A stretch of DNA of 64,000 nucleotides from Candidatus Saccharimonadia bacterium (GCA_035544015.1 DATKIP010000012.1:99483-163482); one strand, 5' to 3'. Shown: positions 10,602-21,462, counted from the first letter of the stretch. Numbers and translations: made by a program. Notes: generated by a model not told the origin, from the sequence alone.

Positions 10602-12238
10602 TACACGCCTCCCCGTATCAGTTCATATACCCTACCCTCGTACGGCTCCAAAGCCAACTCCCCCGCATGTCCCGGCTGTCCATCGCCCTCCACCACCACC
10701 GTCCCCGCCACCCACGCTCCCACGCGCCCATGCAACATCGCCGTCGCCGGCTGCGCGTCAAAGTTAAGCATCACCAAAAACCGCTGTTGCTCCGTCTCAC
10801 GCACAAAGGCATAAACCCGCTCGTTGCCCGTCTCAATCGAACGATAATCACCCTCTACCAGAGCCGGTGATTGCGCCCGCAAATGAATTAAATGTCGATA
10901 TAAATTCAACGATGAATCCGGATCCCGCTCCTCTGTAGCCACATTGAGCTTGGATGAGGCCGGCCCCAGAGGCAACCATGGCGTACCCGTTGTAAATCCA
11001 CCACCAGTTTCATTATTCCACGGCAGAGGGGTGCGCTCGGGATCACGCCCAAGTCCCCGGCCCGGCACATTGCGCTCCCACGGATCGCGTACGTCTTCGG
11101 GCGTAACCGGCGTATCGGGCAAGCCCAGTTCCTCGCCGTAATACACCACCGGCAATCCTCGCAGTGTCAGTTGCAGCATCGCGAGCAACCGTGCGCGCCC
11201 CGCCCCCATCCGCGACACCAGTCTATGCCGATCGTGATTCCCCAGCACATAATTCGGCCAATCATCCGGCCCCAACGAACCCTCGTATTCATCAATAAAT
11301 TCCCGAAATACCTTCGCGCTCCAATCCAACGCCATCAGGTTAAAGTTAAACGGCGCGTGCACCGGATGCCGCTGACACGCCTCATACATCTTGTGGAGCC
11401 CCGGAATATTGAGGTACGCCTCACTGAGCAAAAACTTCGATTCCTTCTCGGCCAGCACGTCACAAAACGACCCAATCACACCGCCCAGCTCCGGCTGAGC
11501 CGCGCTATTCACCCGCAAAAACTCATCCGCCGGATCCGATACCCCCGGCTTATACGTGGGGTTCGGGAGATCATCCCGCAGCCGCACATCTTTGATCAGA
11601 CCCAAAGCCGCATCCGTCCGAAACCCGTCTACCCCTTTATCGAGCCAAAATCTCAATACAGCGAGCATCGCCTTGCGCACCTTTGGATTGTGCCAATTCA
11701 AATCCGGCTGTTCCTGCAAAAACGTGTGCAGGTAATACTGTCCGGTCGCTTCATCGAGCGTCCAGGCCGAACCCCCGAAGTAACTCAACCAGTTGTTGGG
11801 CGCACCCCCATCTTCTCCCGGCTTGGACCACACATACCAGTCGCGCTTAGGATTATCGCGGCTAGAACGCGACTGAATAAACCATCTATGCAGCACCGAA
11901 GTATGGTTCGGCACGTAATCCATCAGCAGCTTTATGCCCCGATGGTGCAGTTTTTTCAACAACTCTTCAAAATCAGCCATCGTCCCAAAACGTGGATCAA
12001 TCGCCTGGTGATCAGCCACGTCGTAGCCCCAATCAGCCATTGGCGACAGGTACACCGGCGACAACCACACCGCCGTCACCCCCAGCGAATCCGACTCGCC
12101 GTTGTTGAGATAATCCAAATGATCAATAATCCCCCGCAAATCACCATATCCATCACCATTAGAATCCGCAAAACTCAACGGATAAATATGATAGAGGGTA
12201 GCTCGGCGATACCAGGGGTCAGTCGGCGTAGGTTCCAT
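10601..12238 (-). CDS. GH13 alpha-glucosidase / trehalose-synthase-like glycoside hydrolase
   Basis: YHIYPLSFADSNGDGYGDLRGI, DYVPNHTS and GFRTDA GH13 catalytic regions. Confidence 0.85.
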   Translation of the reverse strand: MEPTPTDPWYRRATLYHIYPLSFADSNGDGYGDLRGIIDHLDYLNNGESDSLGVTAVWLSPVYLSPMADWGYDVADHQAIDPRFGTMADFEELLKKLHHRGIKLLMDYVPNHTSVLHRWFIQSRSSRDNPKRDWYVWSKPGEDGGAPNNWLSYFGGSAWTLDEATGQYYLHTFLQEQPDLNWHNPKVRKAMLAVLRFWLDKGVDGFRTDAALGLIKDVRLRDDLPNPTYKPGVSDPADEFLRVNSAAQPELGGVIGSFCDVLAEKESKFLLSEAYLNIPGLHKMYEACQRHPVHAPFNFNLMALDWSAKVFREFIDEYEGSLGPDDWPNYVLGNHDRHRLVSRMGAGRARLLAMLQLTLRGLPVVYYGEELGLPDTPVTPEDVRDPWERNVPGRGLGRDPERTPLPWNNETGGGFTTGTPWLPLGPASSKLNVATEERDPDSSLNLYRHLIHLRAQSPALVEGDYRSIETGNERVYAFVRETEQQRFLVMLNFDAQPATAMLHGRVGAWVAGTVVVEGDGQPGHAGELALEPYEGRVYELIRGGV

Positions 12239-12291
12239 GTGCGTATTCTAACAAACCGCAAGCATTTTGACTAAAATCGTTGGTAATATTA

Positions 12292-13644
12292 CTACAGTTG
12301 GCGCTTTGGCAGCGCTGTATCAATCTTCATTCCCACCTTGCGAAGTGTTCGCCGAGGATCCTTCACCAGCTGTCGCAGCGCCGACGGCGACTGCCCGGTA
12401 CTCTGAATGTGCGGCAGCTCATCGGGCGCCAAATAGCGCTGGCAAAAATACGCAAAGACCGCATTGGTCCAGCCAAAACCAGTTTGCGATGGGTACACCC
12501 CCTCCACCGGCTCACGCTCAATATGCACCACGTTATACTTCTCGAAAAACTCACTGTTGGCCTCAAACTGCACCAAGTTGGCATTAATCCACTTGCGCGC
12601 TACCCGCTCGGCCGCCACGTGATACCCATAACGCTCCATCGCCTGCACTGCGATCATCTGCAGCGGCGCCCAGCCGTTCGGATAGGCCCATTGCGTCGGA
12701 ATATCCGAGCGCACATGCGGCCGTTCCGCGCTCGTCGCCAGGCCACCGTCACATTCAAACCGCTCGAGCTGGTCCATAATCCGCCGCGCCGTCTCGTCGC
12801 TGTCCATACCCGCCCACATCGGATAAAACGCCGCCAGCGAGTACACCGGGCTATGTCGCGAGGTCATGTAATTGTAGTCAAAGTAAAAACCCTTGTCGTC
12901 GTCCCACAAATATCGCCGCATCATCGCCACCCGCGACAACTGCCGCTTCATCCACTCATGCGACTCCTCCTCGTATCCCAAAATTCTGGCCGCTTCGGCA
13001 AAATCACTCTCGTATTTGTACAACAGCGCATTCAGATCCACTGGCAAATACGACAACGCCCGCCGCTCAAACCGCGTCGTCATATCCCAGCCGCTCTCCG
13101 CCTCCGCCAGGTCGTCGAGGACATTGATGTCATAAAAGCGCGACAATCCGTGGAACACCTGCCGCCAGTTCGGCTGCGTCGTACCCATCCACACCGTCCG
13201 GTACTCGTGCTTGGCCACCGACATCGCCTGCTCCAGCCAGCGCTTGTCCTTCTCGATGTGATACGCCTCCATGATGAAGCTCGTCAAAAACGGTGGCTGC
13301 GACCGGCCGGTCATATAAAACCGCCCCGAGTTCGGAATCACCTGAAATCGCTGCATCAACGACAACAGGTTATCAACCATCCCCCGCACCCGGTATTCCC
13401 GCGGCGTCCCCATCAGACCCTGAGCTATGAAATAACTGTCCCAGTAGTACATTTCCTCGTACGCAAACCCAGTATCGTTGCGCGCACTGGGAATAAAATA
13501 AGGCTCTGGCAAACCAATAAGCGTCCCGTCATCCCGTGGATTATAACGCTCCAACTTTTTCCAATACCGGTCAATATACTCCAGCGCCGGCTGCAACCGG
13601 TCTTTGGAGAATCGCGGACCCAGTTTTTCGTGCGTGCTGCTCAT
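12292..13644 (-). CDS. treA: alpha,alpha-trehalase (GH37)
   Basis: Trehalase signature context EEMYYWDSYF and QPPF motifs. Confidence 0.8.
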   Translation of the reverse strand: MSSTHEKLGPRFSKDRLQPALEYIDRYWKKLERYNPRDDGTLIGLPEPYFIPSARNDTGFAYEEMYYWDSYFIAQGLMGTPREYRVRGMVDNLLSLMQRFQVIPNSGRFYMTGRSQPPFLTSFIMEAYHIEKDKRWLEQAMSVAKHEYRTVWMGTTQPNWRQVFHGLSRFYDINVLDDLAEAESGWDMTTRFERRALSYLPVDLNALLYKYESDFAEAARILGYEEESHEWMKRQLSRVAMMRRYLWDDDKGFYFDYNYMTSRHSPVYSLAAFYPMWAGMDSDETARRIMDQLERFECDGGLATSAERPHVRSDIPTQWAYPNGWAPLQMIAVQAMERYGYHVAAERVARKWINANLVQFEANSEFFEKYNVVHIEREPVEGVYPSQTGFGWTNAVFAYFCQRYLAPDELPHIQSTGQSPSALRQLVKDPRRTLRKVGMKIDTALPKRQL

Positions 13645-13773
13645 GAGGCAAGGCTTCCAGGCGTAATTGTCTAAGATTCAAAAAGGCCCGGGGGTACTTC
13701 TGCGAACGGACCCACGGGGCGCATCTCTTTAACTCCAAACTACCCTTGCCGGGATAGAGTGTCAAGATAGGCT

Positions 13774-14835
13774 TTACGGCGCGCCAAAAATATTCTTCAC
13801 CCGCTCCGAAATCGCCGAAAAATCCCCGCCGATCGGCAACAAGTCGCTCCCGCCCGTCGGATCTCCGCGCAGATACCCGCCATTGGCCGTCGAGAGTACC
13901 AGATTCACCGGCTCGTTGGCCCCCGCCTCGCGTACACCATTGCCCAGCTGCAGCAGCTGCGCTATGCCCATGTTGGTCTCCACACCATGCTGCACCGCCG
14001 TCACGAGCTGCTTGAGCTTCGCGGGCTGCAATATCAAATGCCAATCCGTCACCTTGGGCCGCAGCAACCCCAGCACTTCTTGCTGCCGCGCCGCCCGGCC
14101 AAAATCATTGCCGCAGGTGCCCTTGCGGCAGCGCACGTACTGCAACACCGTGGTACCGTCCATATGCTGCGACCCCGGCTCAATATCCAAGCCACAAACT
14201 TTGTACTGGTCGTCATCACAGGGGTACTCCGTATCACGCAGCCGATCCTTCACATCCACATCCAAGCCGCCCACAGCGTCCACCACTTCCTTGAGGCCGG
14301 AGAAATTGGTCTTTACGTAGTAATCAATCGGAACATCAAATGTTTGGCTTACCGTATCCTCTGCCAAACTAACGCCCCCGTAGGCATTGGCGGTGTTAAT
14401 CTTGCCATACCCGTAGCCCTCGATGTTTACGCGCAAATCGCGCGGAATACTGATCTCTGCCAGCCGATGCGCCGTCCCATCAAGGCTCAGGACCATCATC
14501 GTATCCGACAAATTCTGACCCGCATGCCCCGGATCACCCACCCCCATCACCAAAATATTAGTACGACCGCTCGCGTCGGCGGCCAGCGGTCCCAATTGCC
14601 AAGAGTTCGTTGAAATTTTTGCAACAATATTGACGATATACACGGCGTACACCACCACACCCGCCAGCACGGCCAACACGATGAACCAAAACATCCGCCA
14701 CAGCACCGCTCGCGCCCGGCGCGGCGGCCGAGGACGAGCCATCGGCCGCGCCGGCGCAGTCGTAGGAGCAGCCGGCGAAGGCTGCCCGTCCGCAGGCTTA
14801 AATTGTGCTAAATCGCGTTCGGGATCAGTGTCCAT
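13774..14835 (-). CDS. LytR-CpsA-Psr (LCP) family cell-envelope polymer transferase
   Basis: N-terminal TM, then NILVMGVGD...DTMMVLSLDG...ISIPRDL LCP core. Confidence 0.8.
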   Translation of the reverse strand: MDTDPERDLAQFKPADGQPSPAAPTTAPARPMARPRPPRRARAVLWRMFWFIVLAVLAGVVVYAVYIVNIVAKISTNSWQLGPLAADASGRTNILVMGVGDPGHAGQNLSDTMMVLSLDGTAHRLAEISIPRDLRVNIEGYGYGKINTANAYGGVSLAEDTVSQTFDVPIDYYVKTNFSGLKEVVDAVGGLDVDVKDRLRDTEYPCDDDQYKVCGLDIEPGSQHMDGTTVLQYVRCRKGTCGNDFGRAARQQEVLGLLRPKVTDWHLILQPAKLKQLVTAVQHGVETNMGIAQLLQLGNGVREAGANEPVNLVLSTANGGYLRGDPTGGSDLLPIGGDFSAISERVKNIFGAP

Positions 14836-14860
14836 TCACGCTCCTTGCTTGGCCAATCGG

Positions 14861-16342
<1,482 letters not shown>

Positions 16343-16531
16343 TCACCTACCTTCGTTATGATAAACAACTCCATCCCGGGGCGAGATTTCAATTATGCTA
16401 CCAGATTTACCCTCAAATCGCCACCCCGCAGCCAAAAATACTCGCCCTCGTCCCCCTGAATCAATTTTTTGCTCTCACACAATAACACCCCCACGGGCAG
16501 ATGTTACTGCCACCCGTAAGGGTGATTTCGA

Positions 16532-16915
16532 CTACCGACCGCGGCTCGCCTGAAGCTCGATCCGCTCCAGCAGGTCCTCGGCGTACACGAGCGTGTCATC
16601 GGGCAAATCTGCCTGTCGGCGCCGCAGTCGCGACAACCGCACCGACAAACCGCGCGTCGAAATCCCAGCGTCCCGCTGAAGTTTCGCGAGCACCCGCCGC
16701 AGCTCCTCCACCTCCGGAGCCGTACTCCCTCGGCTCGCCGCGTTGAACCGCCGTGTCAGCTCCGCGAGCTGATCCAGATCACCATCCGTCAGCTCCTCGG
16801 CGCCGCCGCTGCGATACCGCCGCACCGCCAGCGCCGCAGCCGCAGCCAACACCGACAAACCGATCCCGGCCGCAGCCACCTTCTTGCGAGTCATGATCTT
16901 CTCCCCTCGGGCCAC
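16532..16915 (-). CDS. hypothetical membrane-anchored protein
   Basis: ORF with an N-terminal TM. Co-oriented with Phd-VapC, 20 nt downstream of the preceding gene. Confidence 0.35.
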   Translation of the reverse strand: MARGEKIMTRKKVAAAGIGLSVLAAAAALAVRRYRSGGAEELTDGDLDQLAELTRRFNAASRGSTAPEVEELRRVLAKLQRDAGISTRGLSVRLSRLRRRQADLPDDTLVYAEDLLERIELQASRGR

Positions 16916-16935
16916 TAGATCACCCCATACCCAGA

Positions 16936-17472
16936 TTATACTCTTACCATAGCTGCCAATTTTTCTCGATAGTCGCGCTGAATAAACCGGCCCGGGTAAT
17001 CCAGCAGCGCCTCATTAAGCACCACAAATCCCGCCGCCCGCAACGGCCCCGCCAGCATGTCGTACACGTTCGATTTGATCAAAATCAACTTCGTTTCCGC
17101 CGTCGCCAGCTCCCTCACGCGCGCGATCACCGCGTCGGCCCGCTCCGCCAGCAGCCGCCGCCGCTCCGGCTTGGTCACCTCGTGCTCCAGTGACGTCTCG
17201 AGCGCCTCAATCATATAAAACCCCGCGTCCCGAAACCGCCCCAGCCACGCCGCCTTAGCCGCCTCCAGGTCACCCGCCGGCGCGTCCGCTGCCTCCGCAA
17301 ACACCGCCCGCATCGTATTAGCATAGAGCCGGTCATCGGGCTTCTGATACTCGGCCCGGTAAAACTGCCGGCTGCTTGCCACCCCCGCAGCCGGCGGCGG
17401 CGACTCCGCAATTAGCAAATACCGCACCACTGGCGGCCGATATCGGCGTCGAATCTGCTCGTATTCCGTCAT
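16936..17472 (-). CDS. hypothetical protein (start refined to the second Met; the start overlaps the vapC stop)
   Basis: ORF in an operon-like arrangement. No recognisable family. Confidence 0.35.
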   Translation of the reverse strand: MTEYEQIRRRYRPPVVRYLLIAESPPPAAGVASSRQFYRAEYQKPDDRLYANTMRAVFAEAADAPAGDLEAAKAAWLGRFRDAGFYMIEALETSLEHEVTKPERRRLLAERADAVIARVRELATAETKLILIKSNVYDMLAGPLRAAGFVVLNEALLDYPGRFIQRDYREKLAAMVRV

Positions 17473-17473
17473 A

Positions 17474-17857
17474 TCACACCCGCGCGTCCAAACAAGCATC
17501 AGGATGCGCGCTCAGCAGCACGGCGTCAGAAGTCAAAAGTATCAACTGCTCCTGGCCGGCCTGAACCAACAATAGGCGATCAAACGGATCACCATGGGGC
17601 AACTCCACCCCACCGACCCCATCCACATGCTCCCAGGCAACCGGCAGCTCCTTGAATCCGGTAGCTGCCAACGCAGCCAAAAATCCCTTCGGCAAGGTCA
17701 ATTTACCTTTCGCCGCCTTGATCCGCACTTCCCAAACGCTCGCGGCCGACACGTAGGTAGCCTCGGCCTGCTTGAGCGACATCCGCGCACCCACACCCAG
17801 CAAAGGCGAATCCAATACGGCCCACAACACCGCATTCGTATCGAGCAGTAGCCTCAC
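17474..17857 (-). CDS. vapC: type II toxin VapC (PIN domain)
   Basis: LLDTNAVLW N-terminal PIN acidic motif. 4-nt overlap with the upstream antitoxin. Confidence 0.8.
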   Translation of the reverse strand: MRLLLDTNAVLWAVLDSPLLGVGARMSLKQAEATYVSAASVWEVRIKAAKGKLTLPKGFLAALAATGFKELPVAWEHVDGVGGVELPHGDPFDRLLLVQAGQEQLILLTSDAVLLSAHPDACLDARV

Positions 17858-18099
17858 GCCTCACCCTCAAACATCCGGATAAGCTCCTCATCCGGCTCGT
17901 CAAAATTATCCGACACCGAAAATTTTCCCTTCAACAAGCCAAAGACAATTTTCGGCTTGTCCGATTCAAACGGTACCAAGCGCGCAATCGGCTGCCCATA
18001 TTTCCCGATCACCACCTCTTTGCCCTCCGCCGCCTCCTGCAAATATTTCGACAGCTGCGTCTTGGCCTCATGTATGTTCACGACTTTCATTGCTCGCAC
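17854..18099 (-). CDS. type II antitoxin Phd/YefM family
   Basis: KVVNIHEAKTQLSKYL...VVIGKYGQPIARLVP Phd/YefM fold. Precedes and overlaps vapC. Confidence 0.8.
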   Translation of the reverse strand: MRAMKVVNIHEAKTQLSKYLQEAAEGKEVVIGKYGQPIARLVPFESDKPKIVFGLLKGKFSVSDNFDEPDEELIRMFEGEA

Positions 18100-18296
18100 C
18101 CAAGTAAACTAGACTTAGTCTAGTCTCATGACGCAGATTTTTCAAGCTCATTACGGCAAAATAACTTCACTCCGCACATCCACATAGGTCCCGCTTACCT
18201 CCCCCGCATCGTAGACCGGCGTATTCCAAAGCTCGCCCTCTTTCGAAGCAGTCGCTACCGTGAGGTAGATTACCCGCTCAATGATCTCCTTCGCCG

Positions 18297-18767
18297 TCAC
18301 CACGCCCCCCGATACTTATCAGTCTGCATCAACCGCTCGATCTCAGCCCGAAGCTCACGCACATCACCCTCATCCAGCGGCTCAAAGCCATCATAAAAAC
18401 CAGTCTCAAGATGCGGCAGGCTTACCGCGTCACCATACTTCTGCTTCACCGCATCCCTGGCCCGGCCAAAAAGCTGCATGTGCAGGGTCGGACCCTCCGG
18501 CTTAAACACCATCCAATTACCCATATCCTGGTAATTGATCAGGCCAACATCAATCCCCCGCCGCCCCAAAGCCAGCTTCATAGCCTCGCCCGCCACCATA
18601 GACAGCTTCACGTATTCCACCGCCAGTTCAGGAGAAAGCTTCGTCCGGTCAGATACCGGCACCTTCGGCCTAATTTGAATATGACCACCCTCCCGCCGAT
18701 CCACATACACGTGCGAAAACTCCGCAGACTTGATGATAAAATTCGGGGTTTCGTAGATTAACGCCAT
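18297..18767 (-). CDS. HIT-like domain protein with degenerate histidine triad (start refined to MALIYET)
   Basis: HIT-like N-terminal strand (ETPNFIIKSAEF...GHIQIRPK), but the HxHxH motif is degenerate (LHMQLFGR). Confidence 0.45.
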   Translation of the reverse strand: MALIYETPNFIIKSAEFSHVYVDRREGGHIQIRPKVPVSDRTKLSPELAVEYVKLSMVAGEAMKLALGRRGIDVGLINYQDMGNWMVFKPEGPTLHMQLFGRARDAVKQKYGDAVSLPHLETGFYDGFEPLDEGDVRELRAEIERLMQTDKYRGAW

Positions 18768-18806
18768 GAAACCAGTGTAGCAAATCGAACCCCCGCCCAA
18801 CCCGGC

Positions 18807-18840
18807 TTGACACACGCATACGTTAACCATACAATGTATG
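18807..18840 (+). promoter_or_regulatory. sigma70-like promoter (TTGACA-17-TACAAT) overlapped by a 13-nt perfect palindrome CATACAaTGTATG; candidate autoregulatory operator of the RelB-family antitoxin
   Basis: -35 at 18807-18812, -10 at 18830-18835, palindrome at 18828-18840. The ATG at 18845 gives a near-leaderless mRNA. Confidence 0.45.
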
Positions 18841-18844
18841 TATT

Positions 18845-19120
18845 ATGAATACCGTATTGCTCAGCATCAAAATCGACTCCGAGACGAAAGAGCAGCTCAA
18901 GTCTTTCGCCGCAGAGCTTGGCGTATCGAGCACGGCCCTCGTAAACATGGTCGTCAAACAGGCGATCCGTGACCGCCGCGTCGTGCTTAGCGCCCCGCTA
19001 GAGCCTACCCCCTACCTCGAAAAGATCATGCGCGAAGCTAACGCCGACATAAAAGCCGGTCGAAACATGGTGGGGCCGTTTAGCAGCGCCGAGGATATGA
19101 TCGCATCGCTTGAGAGCTAA
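18845..19120 (+). CDS. RelB/DinJ-family antitoxin (orphan; no cognate toxin ORF downstream)
   Basis: Ribbon-helix-helix N-terminus and DinJ-like sequence (IKIDSETKEQLKSFAAELGVSSTALVNMVVKQAI). Confidence 0.7.
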   Translation: MNTVLLSIKIDSETKEQLKSFAAELGVSSTALVNMVVKQAIRDRRVVLSAPLEPTPYLEKIMREANADIKAGRNMVGPFSSAEDMIASLES

Positions 19121-19338
19121 TTTTGACCGTAAACTACCGCCCGAATCAATATCGTTTGGCGGCGACTGGCGAGCACACTACAAAGCTATAAACGAAACTG
19201 AGGCAACTTTCGTTGCAGTCGGCACGCACTCACAGCTCTACAAATAGGTCCGCAAAAAGCGCCAACCATCCCCCTGATACGTCAAGCTCACGCACCAAAA
19301 ATCGCTCCAACGAATAAACAAGCTGCTAGAATATCGTT

Positions 19339-20163
19339 ATGCAAAAGAACCCCGTAGTCAGCTACTACCACACGTTTGAGTCAAGGCTTGGATACAGATT
19401 ATTGGGTGGGGTCAAACACTTTGGCTACTACCCAATAGGCCAAGAAGACCTCCCGACCCTCAAAGCGCAAGAGCTTATGGACGAGCCATTAGCTCAAACA
19501 CTGGCGTTGTCTGACGGAGCAAAGGTGCTTGATGCTGGCTGCGAAGAGGGTGGTGTAGCCCTCTATCTAGCAAAGCACCATCACCTAAATGTAACCGGCA
19601 TTGATTTGCTCGACTTCAACATAGCCAGGGCAAGGAAGCGGGCGGCTAAAGACGAGCTGGAAACCAAAGTCGAGTTTCTTAAAGCCGATTATTCAAATAC
19701 CACCCTACCCGATTCCTCATTTGACGCCATCTATACAATGGAAACCCTCGTACACTCCCCCGATTACACCAAAACCCTTAAGGAGTTTCATCGCTTACTA
19801 AAACCCGGCGGCAAACTAGTGCACTTCGAGTACTCGATGGCAGACAAAATGCCTCAGGATGCCAAGCAAGCACTAACACGGGTTAATAAATTAGCAGCCA
19901 TGCCAGCTTTTGACCAATTCACTCACGGAACGCTTGAAAGCGCCTTGGCAAAAGAGGGCTTCAAAGAAGTAGAATCACGCGACATCACAGAGCGCATGTT
20001 GCCGTTACTGCAAAAGTTCGAAAGAAAGGCCCGACTCCCCTACCAAATCGCCCGATGGCTTAAGCAAGAAAACCATTTTGCAAATGCAATGTCTGCGGTT
20101 GAGATTTACAGACACATTAAGTATTTCAGATACAACATTATCTCAGCAGTCTTACCAAAATAG
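19339..20163 (+). CDS. class I SAM-dependent methyltransferase
   Basis: VLDAGCEEGGVALYLA motif I. Lower GC than the surroundings. Confidence 0.75.
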   Translation: MQKNPVVSYYHTFESRLGYRLLGGVKHFGYYPIGQEDLPTLKAQELMDEPLAQTLALSDGAKVLDAGCEEGGVALYLAKHHHLNVTGIDLLDFNIARARKRAAKDELETKVEFLKADYSNTTLPDSSFDAIYTMETLVHSPDYTKTLKEFHRLLKPGGKLVHFEYSMADKMPQDAKQALTRVNKLAAMPAFDQFTHGTLESALAKEGFKEVESRDITERMLPLLQKFERKARLPYQIARWLKQENHFANAMSAVEIYRHIKYFRYNIISAVLPK

Positions 20164-20231
20164 CGACGTTATTGGCCCTAACAAGCTATTCATCAAACAA
20201 AAAAGCACCTGATTTGAGGTCAGATGCCCTT

Positions 20232-20250
20232 TTGGTGGAGCTGCGGGGAA
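20232..20250. repeat. 19-bp direct repeat identical to the 3' end of the tmRNA gene (displaced att-like copy)
   Basis: TTGGTGGAGCTGCGGGGAA at 20232-20250 is identical to 21069-21087 (the ssrA 3' terminus). Confidence 0.65.
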
Positions 20251-20390
20251 AATCTTGGCACTTGATCATGGAGATGCCGCAGCGTGGCGGTACGCACTGG
20301 GGCCGAAGTTTGAACGATTCAAGTTCACCCACCAAAGATTGCTGTGATAAAAACAGCGAATATTGAGGAATATGCTGCCAAATCTAGTCC

Positions 20391-21007
20391 CTAAGCGACA
20401 AGAAGTCTGGCTGCCTTCTCTATGGAAGCATGGAAGTTACCCGACTCTATCTCAATAACCGGAAAGCCATATTTTCGCGCCTCGTCTGCGTAGAACTTGT
20501 TCCATAGCTGATTGAATGAGGCATAGAGTCGAATTGTTTCTTCATCATATTTGCGAAGCCAGTCATTTGGATTTTTACGAGCATGAGCAAGAATATCTTC
20601 AGTCTGATCAGCAAGGTTAGCAATAAACACCGACTTAAACTCAAAATCTACCTTGGAGAGCTGCTCTGGCAGTATGGCAACCCCTTCTACAATCGCATCC
20701 TTTCCGTCGCGCTGATAATAACCAACGAAATCGAGTACCGACTTCCAGGTTTCTTCGGCTTCTCCCAGCTCATGACCTAGTGCGGCCTGCGGATTATTCT
20801 TTAAGGCGTCGATGTGCTTTTCTGAGCCAAATGCACCACGCTGCACTTTATGAAGATGGGATTTATTTCAGGTGTTGATACGCCTCTCGCAACGGCCCTA
20901 ATTGCATCCGTTGATGCAGCGAGCATTGGCCTCTCTCTCAAGAGAGCATGGATAATCGTAGTCTTGCCCGTTCGGGGAGCACCGCCAATAAAATAAATCT
21001 GTGACAT
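20391..21007 (-). pseudogene. frameshifted P-loop NTPase/kinase pseudogene
   Basis: The Walker A fragment (GGAPRTGKTT, 20801-21007) and the C-terminal 151-aa fragment (20391-20846) are on the same strand in different frames, with the frameshift near 20850-20870. Confidence 0.6.
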
Positions 21008-21069
21008 GCCTTAACAATAACAGATTACAAAAAGAGCCAAGAAACTTGACTCTTTAAGCATAAGAACAT

Positions 21070-21447
21070 TGGTGGAGCTGCGGGGAATCGCACCCCGGTC
21101 CGTCGGGTTACTCGCTCGCGATCTACAGGCTTAGTTTGCTTACATGTCTTAGCCCTCCACCTGTGAGCAAACCAAACGGTGGCGGGAGCAGCTTCAAAGC
21201 TTAGCTGAGGGGCAGAAGCCCAACCCTCAGAGCGTCCCGATGATTTGATACCGGCGAACCCCTACCGGGAATCAGGTGCCGATAGCTTACGTTATTAGGC
21301 GTAAGCGGGGGCGAATGAAGGAGCCTGGAAGGCAGCCTTCACCCGCGCGAAAAAGTTGGCAGTTAAGCTAACTTGTGGAAGCTAACGTTTGCCTACGACC
21401 TGCGCGCATAGCTTGTAAAAGTCCCAACGTCGAGCCTGATCAGCCCC
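21070..21447 (-). ncRNA. ssrA: tmRNA (SsrA)
   Basis: The minus strand reads 5'-GGGGCTGATCAGGCTCGACG... with tRNA-like ends (T-arm GGGG-TGCGATT-CCCC, acceptor ...GCAGCTCCACCA-3'). Candidate tag ORF GCA AAC GTT AGC TTC CAC AAG TTA GCT TAA (ANVSFHKLA*). Confidence 0.8.
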
Positions 21448-21462
21448 ACGATTTACTCCTGT

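Noticed and set aside
12280-13674. 464-aa plus-strand ORF opposite the trehalase gene.
   Set aside because: It is the antisense frame of the trehalase gene, which has a clear GH37 signature. It is Arg/His-rich.
19121-19338. Possible RelE/YafQ toxin remnant downstream of the orphan relB.
   Set aside because: Manual translation of all frames gives only short stop-interrupted peptides with no RelE/ParE-like motifs.
20172-20366. 64-aa plus-strand ORF spanning the tmRNA-end repeat.
   Set aside because: No RBS, and it spans a hairpin and the att-like repeat. Probably noncoding.
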